DNA of 64,000 nt from an uncultured delta proteobacterium (GTDB lineage Bacteria > Myxococcota > UBA727 > VGSZ01), in NCBI GenBank assembly GCA_963775425.1, contig CAVZJB010000005.1, positions 480,001 through 544,000 on the forward strand, given 5' to 3'. This document shows positions 50,555 through 60,000 of this stretch, in pieces (the first letter of the stretch is position 1; the number at the start of each line of letters is the position of its first letter). Below the pieces are notes generated by a model that worked only from the letters and a program-made list of their open reading frames with translations, did not search any database and was not told where the DNA came from. The translations under genes were made by a program, and so were the position numbers.

Positions 50555-52105
50555 TCAGGGCTTCGCGGCGTCGGGGTGCATCATGGTCGCGTCGAACACG
50601 CCGCGGTCTGGGGGCGGCGCTTCGGGCGGCGGGTGGAAGTCGAGGGCGCAGCCGAGCCGGCGCGCCTTGTCGACGTCCATCATGACGACGTGCGGCTGCT
50701 TCCACGTCGGGTACAGGGACAGGTTCACCTCGCGGCTGCCGAACACGCGCTGAAACAAGAACGGGTCGCCGCCGTGCCACTTCCACGGGTGCTGAAGCTC
50801 GGTGGTGAGGGCGATGACGGAGCGCGTCTCGGCCGTCGGCGCCGCCACCACGTTCGGGCGCGCCTTGCCGTCGAGGCCGCGCAGCGCCTCCCGCACGGCC
50901 GGCGACACGAGGAAGGTCTCGTCGGGGCGGCGGTCGAGATACGAGGCAATCTCCTCGACCGGCGCGCTGGACTTGTTGGCCGCGACCGTCTGCGCGGCGA
51001 AGGCCAGGTAGCCCGCGTCGACGACGACGACGATGACGAGAGGAGCGGCGAGCACGCGAAACCGCCCCGCCGCCGCCGCCGCCGCGCACGCCAGGAGCGG
51101 CACGAGCGGCAGGAAGTTGCGCACGATGAAGGTCGGCTGAACGAGGAACAGCCCGAGCAGCGCCGCGGCGAGCACGAGCGGCGCCGCGCGCGCCGGCGCC
51201 GCCCGCACCGCGGGGACCGCCAGCGCGAGGCCGGCCAGCGCACACGCGAGCACCACCAGGGATCCGACGACGAACGGCGAAGCCGCGCAGCAGGCGAACC
51301 AACGCACGAGGTGGAACACCATGTCGAAGAACCCGTCGACGCCGTAGCCGGCGGCGCCACCGCCATAGATGCGCGATTGGTAGCGGAGCGCGGCGACGAC
51401 GAGCTGCGGCTCGACGACGGCGCCGGGCGTGACGACGACGAACGCCGCCAGGCACGCGCCGCCGGCGATCAGCAGCCGCTTGAAGCGCGGCGCCATGAGG
51501 AGCGCCGCCAGCGCGACGGAGAGCGCGACGAGCCCCAGGGTGTACTTGGTGGACGCCGCCATGCCGCCGAAGATCGCGGCGACGACGAGATCGCGCGTGC
51601 GCCCCTCGGGCCGGGCGGCGAACGCCAGCGACGTCGTCAACAGGAGCGTGCCGAGGGCGTCCGGCGCGATGTAGCGGGCGTGCGTCGCGAATTCGAACGA
51701 CGTGCCGGCGAGCGCCGCGGCGAGCGCCGCCACCAGCGGCCGGCTGCCGAGCGCGCGCGCGAGCGCCGCGGTGGCCACGGGCGTGAAGGCGGTGACGACG
51801 ATGAGCACCGCGCGGATCTCGAGGAAGAAGCGGTGGTACTCGGGGCGCGACGTGAGCCCCAACAGGAACGGCGACGCCGTGGCCGCGATGACGTCGAAGA
51901 TCGCCATCGGGTAGCCGTAGGTGCGCGGGAGCGGCACGTGGTTTTCCACGGCCCACATGAAGGTCCACACGTTGGTGGGCTCGTCCCAGTTCCCGCCGCC
52001 GATATCGAGGCCGACGAGCCCCGTCACGGCGAGCCAGGCGACCACCGCCGCGACCGCGACGCGCGCGAGCGACGCCTCGCGCCGTTGCCAATCGCCGGAG
52101 AGCAC
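50555..52105 (-). CDS. GT-C (ArnT/PMT, family 39-like) membrane glycosyltransferase
   Basis: WDE motif after the first TM, ARYIAPD, GMAASTKY, RNFLPLVP. Start estimated at GTG 52105. Confidence 0.78.
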   Translation of the reverse strand: MLSGDWQRREASLARVAVAAVVAWLAVTGLVGLDIGGGNWDEPTNVWTFMWAVENHVPLPRTYGYPMAIFDVIAATASPFLLGLTSRPEYHRFFLEIRAVLIVVTAFTPVATAALARALGSRPLVAALAAALAGTSFEFATHARYIAPDALGTLLLTTSLAFAARPEGRTRDLVVAAIFGGMAASTKYTLGLVALSVALAALLMAPRFKRLLIAGGACLAAFVVVTPGAVVEPQLVVAALRYQSRIYGGGAAGYGVDGFFDMVFHLVRWFACCAASPFVVGSLVVLACALAGLALAVPAVRAAPARAAPLVLAAALLGLFLVQPTFIVRNFLPLVPLLACAAAAAAGRFRVLAAPLVIVVVVDAGYLAFAAQTVAANKSSAPVEEIASYLDRRPDETFLVSPAVREALRGLDGKARPNVVAAPTAETRSVIALTTELQHPWKWHGGDPFLFQRVFGSREVNLSLYPTWKQPHVVMMDVDKARRLGCALDFHPPPEAPPPDRGVFDATMMHPDAAKP

Positions 52106-52147
52106 GTCCCCGAGGATGCCCGCCCGGGCGTCGGAAAACAAACCACG

Positions 52148-52177
52148 TTGTCGCGCCCGAGGCCGCCGCAGTAGGCT
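52148..52177 (+). promoter_or_regulatory. Putative sigma70 promoter TTGTCG-N18-TAGGCT, possibly giving a leaderless transcript
   Basis: The -10 hexamer ends 7 nt before ATG 52185; no Shine-Dalgarno sequence. Confidence 0.4.
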
Positions 52178-52184
52178 GGCCGCA

Positions 52185-53627
52185 ATGACCGACGTCTCCG
52201 ACGAGTGGACGGCGCTTCTCAAGGCCATCCCCTTCCTCTCCGCGCTCCCGGAAAAGACCCTGAAGGACAGGGTCATCCTCGGAAAGATCCCGCAGGCCGA
52301 GGTGCCCGCCTCCCTCGTCGAGGTAGGCGACGGCGAGCTGGTGATCCGCGAGGGGGACTTCGGCGACACCTTCTACGTCATCGTCAACGGCACCTTCGTC
52401 GTCGAGGTGTGGAACGACGACGGCGTCGCCGTCGAGGTCACGCGCATCGGCCGCGGCTCCTACTTCGGTGAGCTCGCCATGATCGGCCGCGGCATGCGCG
52501 CGGCGTCGGTGAAGGCGGTCGGCGCGGGCGCGCAGGTGCTCGAGATCTACAAGGGCCCGTTCGACCGCATCATCAAGGACGACAAGACCAACTCGGTGAA
52601 GAACGCGCTCGAGGCCATCTACGCGCGGCGCACCATCGAGAAGTTCGTGCGTGACAACGAGTACCTGCGCGAGCTGTCCGAGGTCGACAAGAAGCTGATC
52701 GTCGACACCGGCAAGCTTCACCGCGTGGAGGCCTTCCACGACGTGTACAAGGCCGGTGATCCGCCCAAGAGCTTCTACCTCGTGCGCCAGGGCTTCCTGA
52801 AGGTGTGGCGCATGGAGGGCGAGGTGGAGAGCATCCTCGCCTACCTGCGCGACAAGGACTTCTTCGGCGACCTCGAGCTCGTCGAGGGGCGCCAGCGCAC
52901 GGCCACGGTGACGTCGATGGAGCCGGTTGAGCTCGTGGAGCTGCCGCGCTCGGTGTTCGCCGGCATCTACCAGCGCTACCCCGACCTCATCAAATCGTTC
53001 CGCCGCTACGAGCTCGACCGCCGCGCCGAGCTGCCGCAGTTGTCGAGCAAGACCGGCATGATGTTCGTCAAGGACCTCATCGAGTCCGGCATGGGCCAGG
53101 CGCGCTCGGCGCTCATCATCAACATGGACCTGTGCACCCGCTGCGGCAATTGCGTGCAGGCGTGCAGCGACCTCCACGACGGGTACTCGCGGCTCATCCG
53201 CCGCGGCAAGAAGCTCACCCACCGTGACGACGGCGGCGGCCTCGAGAACCTCTTCTTCCCGAACTCCTGCGTGCATTGCCGCACGCCCGACTGCATGGCC
53301 GGCTGCCCCGTCGGCTCCATCGCGCGCGACAAGGACGGCGAGGTCTACATCAAGGACTTCTGCGTCGGCTGCGGCGCGTGCGCCAAGGGCTGCGAGTTCG
53401 GCAACATCTCGATGGTGGTCGCCAAGAACGCCGACGGCACCGAGAAGAAGATGGCCGGCAGCAACAAGGTCGTGCGCAAGGCCTCCAAGTGCGACATCTG
53501 CAAGGGCTACGAGCAAGCCAACTGCGTCTACAACTGCCCGCAGGGCGCCATCATCCGCATCGACCCCAACGAGTACTTCGAGGAGCTCCACCGCACGGTG
53601 GACATCGTCTCGATGGCGCAGGGCTGA
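52185..53627 (+). CDS. Tandem cyclic-nucleotide-binding domains fused to a 4x[4Fe-4S] DmsB/NrfC-like ferredoxin
   Basis: FGELAM...RAASV and FGDLEL...RTATV; CTRCGNCVQAC, CVHC...CMAGCP, CVGCGACAKGC, KCDIC...CVYNCP; no signal peptide. Confidence 0.9.
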   Translation: MTDVSDEWTALLKAIPFLSALPEKTLKDRVILGKIPQAEVPASLVEVGDGELVIREGDFGDTFYVIVNGTFVVEVWNDDGVAVEVTRIGRGSYFGELAMIGRGMRAASVKAVGAGAQVLEIYKGPFDRIIKDDKTNSVKNALEAIYARRTIEKFVRDNEYLRELSEVDKKLIVDTGKLHRVEAFHDVYKAGDPPKSFYLVRQGFLKVWRMEGEVESILAYLRDKDFFGDLELVEGRQRTATVTSMEPVELVELPRSVFAGIYQRYPDLIKSFRRYELDRRAELPQLSSKTGMMFVKDLIESGMGQARSALIINMDLCTRCGNCVQACSDLHDGYSRLIRRGKKLTHRDDGGGLENLFFPNSCVHCRTPDCMAGCPVGSIARDKDGEVYIKDFCVGCGACAKGCEFGNISMVVAKNADGTEKKMAGSNKVVRKASKCDICKGYEQANCVYNCPQGAIIRIDPNEYFEELHRTVDIVSMAQG

Positions 53628-53677
53628 GGCCCGGCTGCCGGCGACCTCACGCCGGCGCTCCGCGGTAGCATCGGCGC

Positions 53678-55990
53678 ATGCGCGCCCCCGCCCTCTTCGT
53701 CATCGCCGCCGCGTTGGGCTCCCTCGCGGGCGGCTGCTCCTCGTGCGGCGCGCCCGCGGCGTCGGACGCCGGCCCGGGCGGCGGCGAGGGCGAAGGGGAA
53801 GGCGAAGGCGAAGGAGAGGGCGACGTCGACGCCGGGACCCCCGACGCCGGGCCGCAAGACGCGGGCCCGCCCAATCCGAACGCCGTGGGCCTCGACGCGC
53901 GCCCGTCGAACCCCACGTGCCTCGCGCAGGACCGGCCGCCCACGGGGAGCACCGTCGACTTCGAGGAGCCCTGGCCCGAGCTGAACGTCGTCTCGCCGGT
54001 CTTCATGCTCCAGGAGCCCGGCACCACGACGATGTACGTCGTGCAGCGCGGCGGGAAGGTGGTGCGCTTCGACAAGGCCGACGCCGCCGTCACAAACCCC
54101 GAGGTCTTCGCGGACATCACGGCGAACGTGCAGGCCAACGACGTCGGCAACGACGAGCGCGGTCTCCTGGGCATGGCCTTCCATCCGGACTGGCCGCAGG
54201 TGCAGGAGGTCTTTTTGAGCTACACCGGCTTCGGCGCCGGCGGCGCCCTCGTGGACCGCGTGTCGCGCTTCACGCTCGCGGCCGACGGCACCGTCGACGT
54301 CGGCAGCGAGCAGATCCTCCTCGACACCGCCGACTTCGCCGGCAACCACAACGGCGGGATGATCGCGTTTTCGCCCACGGACGCCTGCCGCGGCTGCCTG
54401 TACTACGGCGACGGCGACGGCGGGCAGGCCGACGACCCGCACCAAAACGGCCAGTCCGGGCAGACGCACCTCGCCAAGATCCTGCGCATCGACATCGACA
54501 GGACCGACCCGGGCCTCCCCTACGCCATCCCGCCGGACAACCCGTTCGTCGACGACGCCGACTTCCTCCCCGAGATCTACGCGTACGGGGTGCGCAACCC
54601 GTGGCGCTGGAGCTTCGACCGCGACAGCGGCGACCTCTGGGTCGGCGACGTCGGGCAGGGCGCCGTGGAGGAGGTCGACAAGATCCTCGCCGGCGGCAAC
54701 TACGGCTGGGACATCCTCGAGGGCGACCAGTGCCACGAGCAGACGTCGGGGAGCTGCAATCAGGGCGGCTTCGAGGCGCCCATCACCACGTACACCCACG
54801 CCGGCGGCCGCAACGCGATCGTCGGCGGCTACGTCTACCGGGGCAGCGCCATGCCCGCGCTCGTGGGCACGTATTTGTTCGCGGACTTCGGCACCGGTGA
54901 GATCTTCGCGCTGTTCTTCGACACCCAGGGCAACGCGGCGCCGCAGCGCGTGGGCGACTCGCCGAACAACATCGCGAGCTTCGCCGAGGACGCCGACGGC
55001 GAGCTCTACGTCCTCGACCACGCCACCGGCATCGTTCGCAAGCTCGTAGCTGCGGGCCCGCAGCCGCCGGACAACTTCCCGCGTCTGCTGTCGCAGACCG
55101 GGTGCGTCGACCCGGCCGACCCGGCGGCGCCGGCGGGCGGGCTCATCCCGTACGGGGTCAACCATGTCCTGTGGTCCGACGGCGCCGTGAAGGAGCGCTT
55201 CATGGGCCTGCCCGACGGGCTGAAGGCCACCATCCTCGACGACGGCGACATCGACTTCCCCGTGGGCACGGTCCTGATGAAGACCTTCAAGGTCGGCGGC
55301 GTGCGCGTGGAGACGCGGCTGTTGATGCACCACGACGACGGCGACTGGGGCGGCTACACCTACGAGTGGAACGACGCCGGCACCGACGCCACCCTGCTGC
55401 CGCCGGCAGGCAAGATCAAGGCGCTGCCAAACGGCCAGCTCTGGACGTACCCGTCGCGCAACGGCTGCCTCGCCTGCCACACCGCCGCCGCGCACCGCGC
55501 GCTCGGTCCCGAGGTGGCGCAGCTCAACGGCGGCTTCGTCTATCCCGACGGCCGCTTCGCGAACCAGCTCCATACCCTCGACGCCATCGGCGTGCTCGAC
55601 GCGCCGCTGCCGGGCGCCCTGGCGGACCTGCCGGCGTTCCCGCCCGTCGACGACGCCGCGGCGTCGCCCGAGGCCGTGGCGCGGGCGTACCTGCACGTGA
55701 ACTGCTCCATCTGCCATCGCCCGGGCGGCATCGGCGTCGCCGACACGGACTGGCGCTTCACCACGGCGTTTCAGGACATGGCCTTGTGCAACGCCGAGCC
55801 CACCGAGGGTGACCTCGGCGTCGCCGGCGCCAAGCGCCTCGTCCCCGGAGACCCCGCGCGCTCCCTCATCTCGCTGCGCATGAAGCGTTTGGGCGCCGGC
55901 CGCATGCCGCTCCTCGGCAGCGTCGTCGTGGACCCCCAGGGCACCGCGGCCATCGACCGTTGGATCACGTCGCTGTCGTCATGTCCCTGA
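53678..55990 (+). CDS. Lipoprotein: PQQ-dependent sugar dehydrogenase (GSDH-like propeller) fused to a diheme cytochrome c domain
   Basis: LAGGC lipobox; (GE)n/DAG linker; ERGLLGMAFHP, NHNGG, YAYGVRNPWR, GNYGW; LWSDGA.KER, CLACH, YLHVNCSICH, RMP. Confidence 0.88.
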   Translation: MRAPALFVIAAALGSLAGGCSSCGAPAASDAGPGGGEGEGEGEGEGEGDVDAGTPDAGPQDAGPPNPNAVGLDARPSNPTCLAQDRPPTGSTVDFEEPWPELNVVSPVFMLQEPGTTTMYVVQRGGKVVRFDKADAAVTNPEVFADITANVQANDVGNDERGLLGMAFHPDWPQVQEVFLSYTGFGAGGALVDRVSRFTLAADGTVDVGSEQILLDTADFAGNHNGGMIAFSPTDACRGCLYYGDGDGGQADDPHQNGQSGQTHLAKILRIDIDRTDPGLPYAIPPDNPFVDDADFLPEIYAYGVRNPWRWSFDRDSGDLWVGDVGQGAVEEVDKILAGGNYGWDILEGDQCHEQTSGSCNQGGFEAPITTYTHAGGRNAIVGGYVYRGSAMPALVGTYLFADFGTGEIFALFFDTQGNAAPQRVGDSPNNIASFAEDADGELYVLDHATGIVRKLVAAGPQPPDNFPRLLSQTGCVDPADPAAPAGGLIPYGVNHVLWSDGAVKERFMGLPDGLKATILDDGDIDFPVGTVLMKTFKVGGVRVETRLLMHHDDGDWGGYTYEWNDAGTDATLLPPAGKIKALPNGQLWTYPSRNGCLACHTAAAHRALGPEVAQLNGGFVYPDGRFANQLHTLDAIGVLDAPLPGALADLPAFPPVDDAAASPEAVARAYLHVNCSICHRPGGIGVADTDWRFTTAFQDMALCNAEPTEGDLGVAGAKRLVPGDPARSLISLRMKRLGAGRMPLLGSVVVDPQGTAAIDRWITSLSSCP

Positions 55991-56158
55991 GCGCCGTGAA
56001 GCGGGCAGGCGCGGTCGCGTTCGCCCCGGCGCTCGCGGCGGCCCTTGGGGCGCGAGGCGGCCCGGGGCGCGCCGGCGCCGGTGCCGTCGTCCCACATCGA
56101 CGTTCCTTCGGGCGGCAGGGTCGACTTCGAGGGGGAGATCAGGGATAACGGGCCCCCG

Positions 56159-57085
56159 ATGGCAAGCACGACAGCACCCGCCCCTGCCGCGCCGCTGAAG
56201 CCGAAGAGCAGCAAGAAGCTCTCCGACAAGACACTCAAGGAGCGCGCGTTCCGCTGGGACAAGCTCGCCGCGTGGCTCGCGGCGTTCTTCGCCCTGGCCG
56301 CCGTCTGCGGCCTGTGGGCGCTCTCCAAGTACGTCCTCGACGCGCCGTCGCGGGGCGGGCGCGGCACCGGCGGCGACACCATCGTCGGCTACACCCTCGC
56401 GGGCATCACCCTCATCCTCTACGGCGTCGTCGCCGCGTACTCGTGGCGCCACAAGCGGCGCCGGCAGAAGCGCGCGATGACCCGGGTCTGGATGGAGGTG
56501 CACCTGGCGTTCGGCATGGTCGCCGGCGTCACGGCCATCCTCCACTCGGGCCCCAAGCTCGGGGCGCCCATCCACGGCGCGTTCCTCATCGCCTGGGAGC
56601 TCCTCATCCTCACGGGCATCGTCGGCAAGCTCATCAGCGTCTACGTGCCGCGCCGGCTCACGCGCATCGAGGACGAGGCCCTGCTGGTGGAGGACGTGGC
56701 CGAGCGCCAGAAGGCCATGCGCCTCGAGATCGAGCAGCTCCTCACGGACTGCGACGACAAGCTGGTGCACATCGTCAACGACGTCATCCCCAAGAAGATC
56801 AAGGCGCCCGACTGGTACGGCAAGCGCCGCATGAAGCGCCACGACGTCGTGGAGAGCGTCTACAAGGCCATCGACGGCGAGGGCATGCTCGCCCGCGGCG
56901 AGGTCCCCGCCGACAAGAAGGACTGGCTCAAGCGCATGATCACGTGCCTGGTCGAGGAGGAGTTCCTCGATCGCATGCTCACCTACCACTACGTGCTGCG
57001 CGCGTGGGTGCCCGTCCACGTGGCGCTCACCACGCTGTGCTTCCCCTGGCTCATCTTCCACGTCGTCAGCGTGTTCTTGATCTAG
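56159..57085 (+). CDS. Inner-membrane protein with two H-x13-H helices (putative di-heme b, ferric-reductase-like TM domain)
   Basis: About 5 TMs; WMEVHLAFGMVAGVTAILH and WVPVHVALTTLCFPWLIFH. Confidence 0.78.
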   Translation: MASTTAPAPAAPLKPKSSKKLSDKTLKERAFRWDKLAAWLAAFFALAAVCGLWALSKYVLDAPSRGGRGTGGDTIVGYTLAGITLILYGVVAAYSWRHKRRRQKRAMTRVWMEVHLAFGMVAGVTAILHSGPKLGAPIHGAFLIAWELLILTGIVGKLISVYVPRRLTRIEDEALLVEDVAERQKAMRLEIEQLLTDCDDKLVHIVNDVIPKKIKAPDWYGKRRMKRHDVVESVYKAIDGEGMLARGEVPADKKDWLKRMITCLVEEEFLDRMLTYHYVLRAWVPVHVALTTLCFPWLIFHVVSVFLI

Positions 57086-57095
57086 AGGTCCACCG

Positions 57096-60000
57096 ATGTT
57101 CTGCCTGAAGGTCGTCGACGGACTGTCTGCCGGTATCGAGATCCTGCTCAAGCAGGGAGGCACCACCACCGTCGGCCGCGCCGAGGACGCCGACGGTCAG
57201 ATCGAAGACGGCCTGTGCTCCGGCAAGCACTTCGAGATCGAGTGGACGGCGGCGGGGATGATCATCAAGGACCTCGGGTCCTTGAACGGCGTCTTCGTCA
57301 ACGGCGAGCGCGTCCGCGAAAACCGCCAGGTCAAGCGCGGCGACTTCATCCAGGCCGGGACCACGCTGATGGAGATCGCCGTCAGCTCGGGCAACGTCGA
57401 GGTCAAGGTCAGCGAGCGCGAGCCGGCCATCAGCGGCAAGGCCACGATGATGATGGACGCGGCGGCGGTGCAGGACGCCATCGCGCGCACCCGCGCCCAG
57501 GCGCGCGTGAAGGCCAAGGAGCTCAACCGCACCGTCATCAAGACGCAGATGATGACCAAGGCCGAGATCGCCAAGCTGATGACCGATCAGCCGGTGAGCA
57601 AGGCCAAGACCATGGTCCTGCAGGCGCTCCCGCCGGAGATCCTCGCGGGCACCAACAACGCCGGCCTGGCCATCCTGCAGAAGCTCCTCGCCGACGTCAC
57701 GCCCGACAACCCCACCGTGTGCGTGGTCAAGAAGGGCGCGTCCATCACGCCCTACGCCAAGAGCGTCATCACGCTCGGCCGTGACGCGCGCAACGACATC
57801 CCGCTCATCAGCGACGACGTCTCCGGCAGCCACGCCCGCATCGTGAAGGAGCCGTCGGGGCGCTTCGAGGTCATCGACGAGGGCTCCACCAACGGCACCT
57901 TCGTCAACGGCAAGCGCGTCGTGCGCCAGTACCTGCAAAACGGCGACACCATCCAGCTCGGCCAGTGGACCGGGCCCGTGGCGCTCTCTGCCGGGCGCAT
58001 GGCCATGGAGCTCAACCGCGAGGGCGTCTCCGTCAAGGACGACAAGGGCGTCATCAAGGTCCTCAAGGTCGGCGACGAGGGCGCCAAGGAGTGGGACCCG
58101 CTTCTGCGTGAAGCCGTGCGCGCGCCGATGCTCGTCAAGAGCGACCGTGGCGAGAAGTTCAAGAAGAAGAAGAAGGGCAAGAGCGCCGACGACATCGCGT
58201 TCCGCGCCACCGGTGACGTCCAGCGCGGGGCGATGAAGAGCCGGCTCGCGTGGGCCGGCGTCCTGACGTCGCCGATCGTCATCGCGCTGTTCTTCGGCGG
58301 CTACTTCGTCGTCTCGCTGCTGCACAAGGGCTCCACCTTCGATGCGCTCTCCCCGGGCGCCATCACCAACGCGCACGCGAGCGAGACGTTCATCGCCAAG
58401 GCCAAGGAGGCGGCGTCGGCGGAGAACAAGTTCGGCGGTCACACCACCTGCTTCGCGTGCCACCCCGGGCTCAACCGCGAGGTGACGGACACCGCCTGCT
58501 CGAGCTGCCACTCCCAGGTACCGACGTCGACGCACACCGAGGTGGGGCTCACCTGCTTCGACTGTCACGGCGAGCACAACGGCCGCAACTTCTCGCCGAC
58601 GGCGCAGGCGCGGCTCGGCTGCGTCGGCTGCCACCAGGGCGACCCGCACGCGCGCCTCTTCGACAAGGGCGAGGGGAAGAAGGCGCGGGCCAAGGCGCCG
58701 GTGATCACGCAGGCGCAGCTCAACATCGACAAGGCCGAGGTGCACGAGAAGCACTTCAACATCGAGGGGCGCTGCGTCGCGTGCCACGCCGTCGCCGAGG
58801 GTGCGACGGCGCTGACCAGCCCGGAGGAGATCGCCAAGCAAGCGCGCAAGTCGTGCGGCATCTGCCACGCCGCCACCGACCCGCAGCCCGACGAGTGCGT
58901 GCGTTGCCACGTGCAGCACCCGAAGGACGCCGCGCTCGTCGAGTTCCTGAAGGCGCAGCCCACCAACGAAGACGACATCAAGCAGGCGCGCATCGATCCC
59001 GGCACCGTGCCCATCTTCCTCGCGCTCGCCTTCGGCATGACGCTGCCGCTCGTGCTCGCGGCGGTGGTCAAGCCGAAGCCGAAGCAGAAGAAGGAGCAGG
59101 TCGTCGAGGAGAAGGCGGGCGCCAAGCCTGCGGGCGCTCCCGCCGGCGCCGCGCCGCCTCCGCCCGGCCCGCCGGGCGCGCCGCCGCCCCCTCCCGGGGC
59201 GCGGGCTCCGGGGCCACCTCCCCCGCCACCGGGCGGGGCGCCGCCGCCTCCGCCGCCGGGCGGGGCGCCGCCGCCGCCGCCGCCACCGGGCGGGCGCGCG
59301 GCGCCGCCGCCGCCTCCGCCGCCGGGCGGCATGGCGCCGCCTCCGCCGCCTCCGCCGGGGGGCGCGCCGCCGCCGCCGCCTCCGCCGCCGGGGGGCCGCG
59401 TCGCGCCGCCGCCTCCGCCGCCGCCCGGCGGGGTCCCCGCGCCGCCGCCGCCGCCCGGTGGCGTGCCGCCTCCGCCTCCGCCCCCGGGAGGGATGGCGCC
59501 GCCTCCGCCTCCGCCGCCGGGCGGTGTGCCGCCTCCGCCCCCTCGTGCCGCGCCGCCGCCTCCCCCGGGAGTCCCGCCGCCGCCGCCGCCCCCCGGAGGC
59601 CCGCCGCCGCCGCCGCCCGCCGCGGCCCGGCCAGCGCCCGCGGCGCCGCCGCCTCCGCCCCCGCCCGCCGCGGTGGCGCCTCCGCCGCCTCCTGCGGCGC
59701 GGCCGGCGCCGCCGCCGCCACCCCCTCCCGCCGCGCGGCCAGCGCCGCCTCCGCCGCCTCCCGCGGCGCGGCCGGCGCCTCCACCGCCGCCGCCGGCAGC
59801 CGCACCTCCGCCGCCGGCGCCCCGGCCGGTGGCGCCGGCGCCGGTGCCCGCGCCTCCTCCGCCGGCTCCGGTGGTGCGCGCGGGGACCAAGGCCGCGATG
59901 CAGATCCCGGCACAGCCCGCCCCGGTGCCGGCGCAGCCCGCGGTGCGCGCGGGGACCAAGGCCGCGATGCAGATCCCCGACCCGCGCCAGGCGCCACAGC

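Noticed and set aside
54384-54400. CRGCL in the PQQ protein as an extra heme site
   Set aside because: No His follows the CxxC, so it was not counted.
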